64,000 bases of DNA, from positions 3,328,001 through 3,392,000 of the forward strand of contig OZ271918.1 in NCBI GenBank assembly GCA_965602015.1, read 5' to 3'. The translations under genes were made by a program, and so were the position numbers. Positions 41,079 through 51,043 of this stretch are shown one piece after another (the first letter of the stretch is position 1; each line of letters begins with the position of its first letter). Source of the DNA: Salinispira sp. GTDB taxonomy: Bacteria > Spirochaetota > Spirochaetia > DSM-27196 > Salinispiraceae. The notes beneath the pieces were generated by a model. That model had not been told where the DNA came from. It worked only from the letters and a program-made list of their open reading frames with translations, and did no database searches.

Positions 41079-42050
41079 ATGGTAATTTCTATTGATCTCG
41101 GGGGCACAAAAATGCTGAGCGCGCTGATGGATGATCAGTTTCGCGTTCGGGATAGTATTAAATTAAAAACGCCTCAAACCACTGATGGTGATGAAATTCT
41201 CGATCTCATGGCCGACTCGGTGCGGGATCTGCTTAAGTCCGCAGACCTTTCGCCCGCTGATATTCTGGGAGTGTCCGTCGGCGTACCCTCGGCGGTTAAT
41301 TTCACCGACGGCGTCGTGCTGTCAGCCACCAATATCGGATTTGAGAACTACCCCTTGCGAGACCGCCTGTCCGCGGCGACCGGTGTACCGGTCTTGGTGG
41401 ACAATGACGTCAACGCCGGCATTTACGGGGAGTTCCTCCGGGGCGCCGCCGCGGGTAAGCGGAACATCATCGGCCTGTACCCCGGGACGGGCATCGGGGG
41501 CGGCATGGTTCTGGACGGCCGTCTCTACCGGGGGGCCAAGGGCGGAGCCGGTGAAATGGGGCATATGATCATCCAGTCCGGCGGGCGGCTGTGCGGGTGC
41601 GGCCGTTACGGCTGCCTCGAGACCCTGGCCTCCAAGACCGCCCTGGCCAAGGACCTGGTTCAGCTGGCGGCCACCGGCAAGGCGCCGAGCATTCTGGAGA
41701 AGGTCGGTTCGGATTACACCCTTATCAAGAGCAGCCACATCAAAAAGGCCATTGATTCCGGCGAAGAGGCGGTTATCGACCTGGTCAACCGGGCGGCGGA
41801 TTTCCTGGGAATCGGCATGGCCAACTATGTGAATATTTTTAACCCGGAAGTCATCGTTCTCGGCGGGGGCCTCATTGAAAAACTCGGGAATTCATTTGTC
41901 CAACGGGCAGAGGCCAGCATGCGATCCAACGCCATGCCCGTCCTGCTTCAGGATGTGGAGGTAAAAATCGCCAAGCTGGGAGACGACAGCGTAATCACCG
42001 GAGCCGCCCTCTTGCTGCGGGATTTCCTTGAGGAGAGCAAGAACTCTTGA
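41079..42050 (+). CDS. ROK family sugar kinase
   Basis: IDLGGTK, DNDVNAG, GTGIGGG, GEMGH, CGCGRYGCLE. Confidence 0.93.
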   Translation: MVISIDLGGTKMLSALMDDQFRVRDSIKLKTPQTTDGDEILDLMADSVRDLLKSADLSPADILGVSVGVPSAVNFTDGVVLSATNIGFENYPLRDRLSAATGVPVLVDNDVNAGIYGEFLRGAAAGKRNIIGLYPGTGIGGGMVLDGRLYRGAKGGAGEMGHMIIQSGGRLCGCGRYGCLETLASKTALAKDLVQLAATGKAPSILEKVGSDYTLIKSSHIKKAIDSGEEAVIDLVNRAADFLGIGMANYVNIFNPEVIVLGGGLIEKLGNSFVQRAEASMRSNAMPVLLQDVEVKIAKLGDDSVITGAALLLRDFLEESKNS

Positions 42051-43585
42051 GTAAAAACGACACCATTGTAGCAGTCATCGATATCGGATCCACCGCTGTC
42101 CGGCTGGTCATTCTCGAGCTCGATAAAAACGGCGATTACCACCGGCTCGACCGGGCGTCCCGGCCCGTGAGTCTGGGGCGCGACGTGTTTATTTCCCGGA
42201 CCATCCGGGCGGAGAGCATGATGCAGGTCATCGCCGTACTTTCGGGCTTCTCCGAGCTCATCCGAAGCTACGGGCTGCGGCCGAAGGACTCCTACGTGGT
42301 AGCCACCAGTGCAGTCAGGGAAGCGCGAAACCGCGATACCTTCGTCGACCGGGTGCAGATAAAAACCGGTTTTCAGGTAAGCATTATCGACGGGGTTGAA
42401 GAAAACCACCTTACCTATATTGCGGTGCTCCACGCCGTGGAAAATTTCCGCGGGGCATTCTCCCGGGCCAACTCTATTATTATGGAAGTGGGCGGCGGTT
42501 CCACCGAGCTGATGATAATGTTCCGAGGCAGCATGCAGGCGGCTCAGAGTCTGAAAGTTGGAACCGTGCGGCTGGAACAGCAGCTAAAGGCCAAGGTCGG
42601 TTCGGAGTTCGTCCTCGAAGAATTTTTGCGGGAACAGCTGAGGCTCAATCTGGCTACCCTGCACAATGACACGGACCTGAAAAGAATACGGTATTTTGTC
42701 ATGGTGGGCGGCGACGCCCGCATTGTCAGCTACCGCATCGGAACCGCTCAGGGGGAACACTATTCGGTTATTAAGCGGGATGACTTTCTGTCCTACCTTG
42801 ATGAACTCAGCCGCAAAACCGTCGATGAAATAGTCCGGGACCTGAGCATCTCGTACAATGAAGCCGAAGGTCTCATGCCGGCGCTAATTATCTACCGGAT
42901 ATTCCTTGAAGAAACCTCAGCCCAGGAAATCATCGTTCCAGACGTGAGCATCCGCGAAGGAATTCTCCTGCGGAACGTCATGGGACAGTCGACGAGCATT
43001 GACCGCAACTTCGCCCGCCAGGTGGTGGCGTCGGCCCGGAGCCTGGGTACCCGGTATCATATTGATGAAGAGCATGCCGATCAGGTCACAAAACTAAGCC
43101 TGGAGCTCTTCGATGCCCTACTGGATGAACACGGGCTGGGAAACCGGGAACGGCTCTACCTCGAGGTGGCGGCCATCCTGCACGATGTGGGCTATTTTAT
43201 TAACCAGTCAGGCCATCACAAACACGGCATGTACATCGTAGCCAACTCCGAGATATTCGGGCTTTCCCAGGAAGAGCTCCACCTGGTAGCCACGGTGGTG
43301 CGCTATCATCGGGGCGCAAAACCCGTACGGACCCATCCGGAATACGGCCGGCTTTCCCGGGCTCAGCGGCTTATCGTCATGAAGCTGGCGGCCATCCTCC
43401 GGGTAGCCGACGCGCTGGACCGGGCGCACGGTCAGAATATCAAGGGCATAGAAGTGGAAATCGAAAACAATGCCCTTCATATCAGCGGGGGTCAGCGGGG
43501 AGATCTCTCCATCGAGCGCTACGGACTCATTTTGAAGTCCGGGCTTTTCGAAGACGTATTCGGCTACAAGGTATTATTTAAATAA
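42047..43585 (+). CDS. ppx: Exopolyphosphatase Ppx/GppA with HD domain
   Basis: IDIGSTAVRL, ATSAVREARN, EVGGGSTE, IREG, LHDVG, HHKH. Confidence 0.92.
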   Translation: MSKNDTIVAVIDIGSTAVRLVILELDKNGDYHRLDRASRPVSLGRDVFISRTIRAESMMQVIAVLSGFSELIRSYGLRPKDSYVVATSAVREARNRDTFVDRVQIKTGFQVSIIDGVEENHLTYIAVLHAVENFRGAFSRANSIIMEVGGGSTELMIMFRGSMQAAQSLKVGTVRLEQQLKAKVGSEFVLEEFLREQLRLNLATLHNDTDLKRIRYFVMVGGDARIVSYRIGTAQGEHYSVIKRDDFLSYLDELSRKTVDEIVRDLSISYNEAEGLMPALIIYRIFLEETSAQEIIVPDVSIREGILLRNVMGQSTSIDRNFARQVVASARSLGTRYHIDEEHADQVTKLSLELFDALLDEHGLGNRERLYLEVAAILHDVGYFINQSGHHKHGMYIVANSEIFGLSQEELHLVATVVRYHRGAKPVRTHPEYGRLSRAQRLIVMKLAAILRVADALDRAHGQNIKGIEVEIENNALHISGGQRGDLSIERYGLILKSGLFEDVFGYKVLFK

Positions 43586-43595
43586 GGGGATTAAT

Positions 43596-45716
43596 GTGGA
43601 AGAAATAAAAAAAGACCCGCCCTACTTTAACCGGGAGCTCAGCTGGATTGAATTCAACCGGCGGGTGCTCAACGAGGGCCTGAGAGATGACAAACCCCTG
43701 CTGGACCGCCTCAAGTTCCTGGCCATTGTAACCAGTAATTTTGATGAATTCTTCATGGTGCGGGTGGCGACCTTAAAAAACGAGTTTTTAACCGGCAATT
43801 ACGTCAGCTGCCCGAGCAAATTGAGCCCCGAGGAGCAGCTCAAGGCCATCAGAAAGGAATACCGGGAGATAATCGCCGCCCAGTACCGCTGTCTTCACGG
43901 CGAACTGCTACCCGAACTGGCTCAGCGGGGATTCGTCTACCACGACCTGGAGTCAATCACCGCGGCGCACAAAAGCCGTCTGAAGGAGCTTTTCCACAGC
44001 GAGCTCTTCCCGCTTTTGACGCCCATCAGGGTTAACGAAACCGAACCCATGGTGAAGGCGGGGAACATGCGCCTTCACGTGGGCTTCCTGATAAAAAAGG
44101 ACGGGGAGGAGAATGAACTGCTGTCGGTTGCGCAGCTTCCCAGCTCGGTGGACCGGGTCATACGGATTTCCGAGGGTGAGGGGGAGTTTCACTTCACCTT
44201 CCTCGAAAACCTCATAATCATGTTTGCCGCATCGCTGTACCCCGGGTACCAGATTCTCGAGCACCTCTGCTTCCGTATTACCAGGGACGCCGACTTCGCA
44301 GTCGACGAGACCAGGGACGGCGATTTTGTAGAAGCCATGGAAGAGGTATTAAACGAGCGCTCCAAGTCAGAGGTGGTCCGGCTCAACAGTGGCAAGACCA
44401 GCGAAAAGATCGCAGGTCTCCTGATGTCAAACCTCGGACTGTCGCAGGAGGACCTGTTTACCACCCCGGATCCCCTGGAAATAAACGATTTTATGGACCT
44501 GGTGTATACGCCGGGATTCGACGATTTGCGGGAAGCATCCTGGAAGCCCGTGGATCCCTTCCCCATGGATGAGGAACGGAGCATCTGGCAGTGGATTACC
44601 GAGCGGGACAGGATGCTCATCCATCCCTTCGAGTCCTTTTCGCCGGTCATCAGGTTTATCGAGACCGCTGCTGCGGACCCCAAGGTGCTTTCCATCAAAA
44701 TGACCCTCTACCGAACCAGCCGAAACAGCCCCATTGTTTCGGCCCTGGAACTGGCCGCCCAGGCGGGAAAACAGGTTACGGTCCTGGTTGAAATCAAGGC
44801 GCGCTTCGACGAACACCGTAACATCCATTGGGCTGAGCGGCTGGAGAAGGCTGGGGTCATCGTGGTGTACGGAATCGCCGATTTGAAGGTACATGCCAAG
44901 GCCGCCCTGATTATCCGCCGGGAACCCAAGGGTATCCGTCGCTATCTCCACGTCAGCACGGGAAATTACAACGATAAAACCGCCCGGCTGTATACCGATG
45001 TGGGACTCCTGACCGCCAGGGACGATCTGTGCTACGAGGCGGGCCTGTTTTTTAACGCCATAACGGGATATTCGGCGGTGCCGGCGTTGAAAAAACTGAT
45101 GATGGCCCCCTATGCCTTGAAGGCCCGGCTCATTCAGCTCATCGACCGCGAAATAGACAAGCATAGAAGCGGGGGGAACGGCCATATCGCCGCGAAAATC
45201 AACTCGGTGAGCGATCCGGATATAATCGATGCCCTGTACCGGGCAAGCTCCGCCGGCGTGAAAATTGACTTAAATATCCGGGGAATTTGCATGCTCAAAC
45301 CCGGGGTTCCGGGATTAAGCGAAACCGTGCGGGTGGTATCGGTAATCGACCGCTATCTCGAGCACCCGAGAATCGTCCGGTTCAACAACGGGGGCAACGC
45401 CGAGCTGTATATATCCAGCGCGGACTGGATGGGAAGGAATCTCGACCGGCGGGTGGAACTTATGACGCCTATCGAAGACCCCCGGGCCGCCCGGCGCTTG
45501 AGCGATATGCTCGACCTCTACATGCGGGACACCCGGCAGTCCTACGAGCTTCAAAGCGACGGCTCATTCCGCCGGGTTAAACCCGCAAAGGGCAAAAAAG
45601 CCGTTCGCGCCCAGCAGGAAATGTACCGCTTGGCGGAAGAGGCAAACAGCCGGCGCGGAGATGAAAGCGGCGAGCAGATATTTAACGTTCGCCGCCGTCC
45701 TCCTCAGGCCAAATGA
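43596..45716 (+). CDS. ppk1: Polyphosphate kinase 1
   Basis: NRELSWIEFN, SNFDEFFMVRVA, IKMTLYRT, ARFDE, KVHAK, LEHPR, SSADWM. Confidence 0.96.
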   Translation: MEEIKKDPPYFNRELSWIEFNRRVLNEGLRDDKPLLDRLKFLAIVTSNFDEFFMVRVATLKNEFLTGNYVSCPSKLSPEEQLKAIRKEYREIIAAQYRCLHGELLPELAQRGFVYHDLESITAAHKSRLKELFHSELFPLLTPIRVNETEPMVKAGNMRLHVGFLIKKDGEENELLSVAQLPSSVDRVIRISEGEGEFHFTFLENLIIMFAASLYPGYQILEHLCFRITRDADFAVDETRDGDFVEAMEEVLNERSKSEVVRLNSGKTSEKIAGLLMSNLGLSQEDLFTTPDPLEINDFMDLVYTPGFDDLREASWKPVDPFPMDEERSIWQWITERDRMLIHPFESFSPVIRFIETAAADPKVLSIKMTLYRTSRNSPIVSALELAAQAGKQVTVLVEIKARFDEHRNIHWAERLEKAGVIVVYGIADLKVHAKAALIIRREPKGIRRYLHVSTGNYNDKTARLYTDVGLLTARDDLCYEAGLFFNAITGYSAVPALKKLMMAPYALKARLIQLIDREIDKHRSGGNGHIAAKINSVSDPDIIDALYRASSAGVKIDLNIRGICMLKPGVPGLSETVRVVSVIDRYLEHPRIVRFNNGGNAELYISSADWMGRNLDRRVELMTPIEDPRAARRLSDMLDLYMRDTRQSYELQSDGSFRRVKPAKGKKAVRAQQEMYRLAEEANSRRGDESGEQIFNVRRRPPQAK

Positions 45717-48700
45717 CCGGAGGCAGGCCCGCGCCGGCCCGGGTATCCGGCGAACCGTCCGCCGAGCCCGCCGCCAGGTAGGCGTAGCGCTCGGCGAGCT
45801 CGGGATCAAGTCGGCTCAGCCGCTCAAAATCCCGGCTCAGGGCCCCGTCGTCATTGAGGGCTGCATGGGCCAGGGCAAGGCTCAACAGGAGGTAGGGCGA
45901 GTCCGGCCGTATCTCAAGGCCCTCTTCGGCGGTCCGGGCGGCCCGCTGGTAATCGCCCTGTTCGAGGTACAGGTTCGTCAGGTATTGGTAGGCGGTCATG
46001 TTGCCGCCGCCGATTTGATTTGCGTCACGGAGGGTTGCTTCGGCCAGCCCGAATTCCCCGAACACGCTGTACAGGGCACCGAGACGGTTCAGGAGCCGGG
46101 ACCTCCTTCTTCCGGTAAGAGCCTGACTTTGGCGGGTCAGCTCGCCGGCCTTTTGCACGAACAGCTGCTCGGTGAACTCTTCCATGGTTTGGGCGATGCT
46201 CCGCCCCGCGGCCGCCGGGGAAGGGGGAATTATCCGGTAATCAGTCGGGGGAATCGGCATGGGCGGATACAGCTCCCTGGCTTCGCTGACGGGAATAAAC
46301 TCCATTTCGTCGGAACCCCGGTGCCGGCTCACCAGCAGCGATGCCTGCTGCCAGGTTTCGAAAAAACCCTGATCGAGCACGGTGGTCTCGATGGGGATCC
46401 ACAGGGTTCCGCCATGGGAAATCAGTTCCAGTCCGCCCTGCTCCAGAAGCCAGCGGTTTTCTTCGGGTATGTCGCTGTCAAAGGCGGCGAATACATGCCC
46501 CGGACTGGTGATAATGGCCGTGGATATGCCGGCGGCTTCAAGCATCGAATTGAGCAATGCCGTGGTGTCGTCGCAGTCGCCGCTCTGGTAGAACAGGGTC
46601 GCCCCGGGGAAACGGACGGTATCGACGGCACCGGGTCGGCCGAGCACCAGGGTTATGGGGCTGGCGGGGTCTTCTATGTACTCGATTCCCCGGGTTCCCA
46701 GCGTGTCGATAATTCGTATTGCTCTGAACAGCCGTTCATCGAGCCTGATAGTGTCCGGCGTCAAATCTCGGTAATCCGCACTGCCGGAGGCGGTCAAGGC
46801 GAAATTTCGGATGTTGATCTCATTGGGAACGATGAACGAGGCAAGCTTCGCGCTGTCGTCCCAGGACAGGGCGGTATTCCGTTGAATCTGCACCGAGTAA
46901 CTGGCTTCCCGCACATTTTCCACCCCGTCATACCTTCCTTTTACATCGAGAATCACCTGGGCGGGCAGGGACTCCTCCTGGAGGAGTAATCGCTCGTTGA
47001 ACACCGGGTTCAGGCTGATCTCCAGCTCTTCGCCCGGGGCGAGTTCCCCGTCGACGTCGACGGCCACCGGAGCCTCCATAAATCCCGGTATATACAGTTC
47101 AAGCGTTATTTCGCTAACCGGCAGTTCGTGGGGATTGGCGATCGTCAGGCTGCCCCATCCGCTTAAGCGGTAGTAGGGCACCAGAGCGGGAAATACGTCC
47201 GGGAGCCGGGCATCGCGGATATCCAGCATGTTCCGCTGCTGACCCGGGCGGGCGGCTTCAATGTCGAATTGCTGCTGAAGCCGTTCTTTGGCCCGGCGGA
47301 TTTCCCTGTCATCCGGCCGGCTGAACAGTATTTCTTCGTAAAGTGCCACGGTCTTCTGGTACATAGACCGGGCGCTTTCGGGTCCGAACCGCCGGAGGGT
47401 GTCGAGCACCCGGGCGCGGAGAATCTCGGTCTGTTCGATGAGGGACGCAAGTTCAAGATCTTCCAGCTCCTCCCGGGCGGTTTGGTTGTCCGGATTGATA
47501 AGAAGGGCGGTATTCCAGTAATAGCGGGCCATTTCCACCGCGCCATTTTGATGGTGAAACCCCGCGAGTTCTGCGATGGCGTCCTGATCTGCGGGATTTT
47601 CGAGAATTGCTGCGGTCCATTTCGCCAGTTCCACGCTTTCAGGGGTTTCGAGGGCATTGCGCTCAAGATAGTCACCGTCCAGGAGCCTGAGTATGTAGTT
47701 TTGGGTGCTCATGGGAATGGCGATTTCACCGCTGGCTTCATTAAAGGCAAGACCCATGGCAAAGGTGTAGTCCCTGTCCTCTTCTCCGGGTATTCCTTCC
47801 AATCGCCATATAATATCTCCCCCCGGGGAAAAGCGGTACAGGCTGGTCATGGTCATCATAAGGAAGCTTCCGTCGCTGGCCGGCTGGAGGTGTTTTACGC
47901 TATAGCGCTCGCCGACGGGGAACAGGGGAAGCAGGGTTCTCACGGGCTCGCCGGAGGGGGTAAAGATTTCCACAAATCCGCTGCTCGGATTGTATATCCA
48001 CAGTTCCCCCGAGGGGCCCGCTGCCATGGCGCTGGGAGAAATCAGCGCATTTTCGAGCAGCCTCAGCTCTTGCGGCCGGCGGTCCTGCACTCTAAAAATC
48101 CGGGGACTTGTCATATCGGAAAGAACAAGAGACCCGTCGGGCAACACAATAAAGTCCGAGGGATACTGAAAGGGAATGGGCAGACTGTCCGGGGCTGGGT
48201 TTCCCGGAATATACCGGGAGACCCGCAGCTGCTGAATGGATCTGCTGTATAACGTGCCCGACGGGGTTACGGCAATATCAAAAAATTCCCCCTGCTGTCC
48301 GTTGAGGATAGCCTCCCGTCCGTATACATCGGCGAGACGCATGGAGCTGTCCAGGCGAACAGCCAGACTGTTGGCGCCGATGTACAGCGATCCGTCCTCG
48401 CCGTAGGCCGCGCTTATCGGGGAGAGAATGGGCTGGTAGGGAAGGTCCCTGAAGCTGAGATAGTCCAGGGTGAAGCGCTCCAGCAATAACGGCGGAACCC
48501 TATCAGCCGGCGCTGCGAAATCGTCCAGAGACAGCAGCAGATACTGCACCAGGCTCGCGGCGTACCTGCCGTCCAGGCCGCTCCAGGCGTCCAGCACCGA
48601 GAACGGTTGGGAGGTTTTGCCGTCGGCGGACCTGGTCAAGGTAAGCATAAACACGGAATTTTCCCCCGAGTCTACGGCGCTGATGGAGAGGCGGTAATCT

Positions 48701-48930
48701 GCTGCGGGGCCCGGACCGTACTCAATGACGGTGTTTCCCCCGTAAATCAGGGGATAATAGTATGCGCTTTCCTCAAACAAGTCCCGGAAAAACTGCCGGT
48801 TCACGCGGGTATCTGGATAGAGAGACTGCATTTCAACACGCAGGGATTGGGCGCTTTGCCCCCAGGAAATGGACAGTACTCCAATGAGAAAAAAGAGGAA
48901 AATAATGGTCTTTTTTACGGCACCCGGCAT
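45682..48930 (-). CDS. Large exported protein: beta-propeller + TPR + transglutaminase-like domain + TPR
   Basis: Signal peptide; NHL-like repeats; TPR motifs; GDCDD, GHVF, WIPIETT putative triad. Confidence 0.75.
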   Translation of the reverse strand: MPGAVKKTIIFLFFLIGVLSISWGQSAQSLRVEMQSLYPDTRVNRQFFRDLFEESAYYYPLIYGGNTVIEYGPGPAADYRLSISAVDSGENSVFMLTLTRSADGKTSQPFSVLDAWSGLDGRYAASLVQYLLLSLDDFAAPADRVPPLLLERFTLDYLSFRDLPYQPILSPISAAYGEDGSLYIGANSLAVRLDSSMRLADVYGREAILNGQQGEFFDIAVTPSGTLYSRSIQQLRVSRYIPGNPAPDSLPIPFQYPSDFIVLPDGSLVLSDMTSPRIFRVQDRRPQELRLLENALISPSAMAAGPSGELWIYNPSSGFVEIFTPSGEPVRTLLPLFPVGERYSVKHLQPASDGSFLMMTMTSLYRFSPGGDIIWRLEGIPGEEDRDYTFAMGLAFNEASGEIAIPMSTQNYILRLLDGDYLERNALETPESVELAKWTAAILENPADQDAIAELAGFHHQNGAVEMARYYWNTALLINPDNQTAREELEDLELASLIEQTEILRARVLDTLRRFGPESARSMYQKTVALYEEILFSRPDDREIRRAKERLQQQFDIEAARPGQQRNMLDIRDARLPDVFPALVPYYRLSGWGSLTIANPHELPVSEITLELYIPGFMEAPVAVDVDGELAPGEELEISLNPVFNERLLLQEESLPAQVILDVKGRYDGVENVREASYSVQIQRNTALSWDDSAKLASFIVPNEINIRNFALTASGSADYRDLTPDTIRLDERLFRAIRIIDTLGTRGIEYIEDPASPITLVLGRPGAVDTVRFPGATLFYQSGDCDDTTALLNSMLEAAGISTAIITSPGHVFAAFDSDIPEENRWLLEQGGLELISHGGTLWIPIETTVLDQGFFETWQQASLLVSRHRGSDEMEFIPVSEARELYPPMPIPPTDYRIIPPSPAAAGRSIAQTMEEFTEQLFVQKAGELTRQSQALTGRRRSRLLNRLGALYSVFGEFGLAEATLRDANQIGGGNMTAYQYLTNLYLEQGDYQRAARTAEEGLEIRPDSPYLLLSLALAHAALNDDGALSRDFERLSRLDPELAERYAYLAAGSADGSPDTRAGAGLPPVIWPEEDGGER

Positions 48931-48965
48931 AAGTCACCCCGATTTTTACGTATATTGGTGTAATT

Positions 48966-49826
48966 ATGAATGATACCACGAGATTCGCCATCATCGACGA
49001 CGACGCGGTCGAACTAGAGAATGCAAATATACCACTAAGCGACGCGAATTACGCGTACGGCATCGGGGTTTATGAAACGCTCCGCCAGCGGGGAGGGCTG
49101 CGTTATTTTACACAAATGCATCTCGAGCGGCTGTTCGAATCGGCGCGGATCATCGGCCTTTCCACAGATGCGGACGCCCAGCGGATGATCTCCCGTCTCA
49201 ACCGGCTCAGGGATCTCAATCCGGAAGAAGACGTGAATATCCGTATCCTGCTTGTAAAATCCGGGCCAAAAAACAGCCGGTCCTATATTTTTCCGGCGGA
49301 CATTCCAAGGGTTAAGGGGGTCGAGGATTTGCGGGTGCCCGAACCGGTGGGCGTCACCATGCTGGGTTATCCCGGGGAGCGGCATTTCCCGAGGGCCAAG
49401 TCCCTGAGCATGCTTCTTTCCTCGGTGGCCCTGGCAAAGGCCAAAGAGCGGGATTGCTGGGATGCCCTTCTTTTGGACAGGGACGGGCTTATCACCGAAG
49501 GAAGCCGTTCGAATGTTTTCTGGATGCAGGGTGGCAGGCTGTACTCGCCGCCGGAAGACAGAATTCTGGCCGGGGTGACCCGGGCGAACATCATCGCCTG
49601 CGCTGAAAAAGCCGGGTTTGAGTTCAGATACGGCGAGCTGTACGTTGAAGACCTGGCAAGGGAGCCCAGGACATTGATCTGCAGCTCGACATCCATTGGG
49701 CTCCAGCCGGTCACCACCCTCTTTATGGACGACGGACGGGAAATCTCCCTGCCGAGGGACCCGGCGGTGGGTAAGCTCAGCCGCAGCTACGGTGATTTCA
49801 TCCGCAACGAGGCGCTGACCGACTAG
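48966..49826 (+). CDS. Aminotransferase class IV (PLP fold IV)
   Basis: YGIGVYET, HLERL, AKSLS, ITEGSRSN, ILAGVTR. Confidence 0.9.
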   Translation: MNDTTRFAIIDDDAVELENANIPLSDANYAYGIGVYETLRQRGGLRYFTQMHLERLFESARIIGLSTDADAQRMISRLNRLRDLNPEEDVNIRILLVKSGPKNSRSYIFPADIPRVKGVEDLRVPEPVGVTMLGYPGERHFPRAKSLSMLLSSVALAKAKERDCWDALLLDRDGLITEGSRSNVFWMQGGRLYSPPEDRILAGVTRANIIACAEKAGFEFRYGELYVEDLAREPRTLICSSTSIGLQPVTTLFMDDGREISLPRDPAVGKLSRSYGDFIRNEALTD

Positions 49827-49839
49827 CCGCGCCCCAGGG

Positions 49840-51021
49840 CTATTCCAGCCGCAGGTAACTCACCGAGTACCCGTAGCGCCAGCTCGATGAATCGCCCCTG
49901 GGCCTGAGTATGGTCAGGAAGCGTTCTTCGCCGGCTTCAAGGACGATGTCGATGGGGCTTGCGACGGTGCTGGTCATGTTTTGCAGTCTCAGGCTCACCT
50001 CGGCCTCGATGGAATAATCAAAGCCGTTGCCGATGAATACCACGTAGGTGAGATCGGTCTGTTCGACCCGGAAATCGAGTTCGTTCCGCGCATCGGTGCT
50101 TCCAGTGTAGCTTTGGAAATCCTCGTTTGTAAAATCCCTGCCGAACACTACCTCAAATTCCGGGCCGCCCGGATGGTAGGCGTAATATATCTCGTCCTCG
50201 ACGGGATCAACCGCTTCGCCGTTCAGCCCGAGCATGCGTATGGGTATGGACTGCATGCCGCCGTCGGTCAGGGGAACCCGAACGTCAAAATGCAGGTGGG
50301 GACCGGAAGAACGGCCGGTATTGCCGCTGTATCCGATAAAATCACCGGCTTCGACAGTATCTCCCACTTCTACCTCAGCGCCGTTCTGCACCAGATGCAC
50401 GTAGTTGCCGAAGGTCCCGTCGTCATGCATCACAAGCACGTAGTTGGCGTAGGGTCCGTACTGAACCCCCGGTCCTCCGATGTTTGAATCTTCCTTTACC
50501 TCAACCACTATCCCTCTTCGTGCGGCGCGAATTTCAGTTCCCACATCGAGATCAAAATCAAGGGCGAACTGATTGTCGTCGAAGTGGGTGAACCTGCCGT
50601 TGAACCCCTGGGTTACCCGGTGTTTGGTGCCGTGTGCGAAGGGAAACCAGTAGAGGAAGTCGGTATCCGGTTCGACGGTTTCCGGATTACCCCGGGAATA
50701 GCTGTAGGAAAAGCGGTAAGAGAGCCGGTTTCCCTCGCCGGGTTCCAGGGCGAATAAATATTCTCCTTGGGCTCCGGCTTCAAGCTGCATGCCGAAGGGC
50801 ATTTCTACATCTGGCTGCAAATTCTCAAGGCTCTGGAATTCGATATACACGTATGCCGGGATTACCAGATCATTATCCGCAAAAAAGAGAATGCGGAAAT
50901 CATCCTGCTGTTCGCCGTAGACCCGAACCGGGGTGTTATCCTGGGCGGAAATCGGAGCGGCAAGTATGAGCAGCGCGGCGATTGCCGCGATAAGAAATGG
51001 TTTACTGTTAAATCGCTTCAT
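49840..51021 (-). CDS. M23 family metallopeptidase, exported
   Basis: Signal peptide; VTQGF, THF...ALDF, AARRG, YVHL, SGNTGRSSGPHLHF. Confidence 0.9.
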   Translation of the reverse strand: MKRFNSKPFLIAAIAALLILAAPISAQDNTPVRVYGEQQDDFRILFFADNDLVIPAYVYIEFQSLENLQPDVEMPFGMQLEAGAQGEYLFALEPGEGNRLSYRFSYSYSRGNPETVEPDTDFLYWFPFAHGTKHRVTQGFNGRFTHFDDNQFALDFDLDVGTEIRAARRGIVVEVKEDSNIGGPGVQYGPYANYVLVMHDDGTFGNYVHLVQNGAEVEVGDTVEAGDFIGYSGNTGRSSGPHLHFDVRVPLTDGGMQSIPIRMLGLNGEAVDPVEDEIYYAYHPGGPEFEVVFGRDFTNEDFQSYTGSTDARNELDFRVEQTDLTYVVFIGNGFDYSIEAEVSLRLQNMTSTVASPIDIVLEAGEERFLTILRPRGDSSSWRYGYSVSYLRLE

Positions 51022-51043
51022 AATATTCTCACCTGAGAATATA

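Noticed and set aside
45661..46989. 442-aa plus-strand ORF and other long antisense ORFs (1359-2336, 4651-5895, 6431-7438, 47269-48252, 52363-53157, 62897-63745)
   Set aside because: They are shadows of well-supported genes on the opposite strand in GC-rich DNA, with no recognisable motifs.
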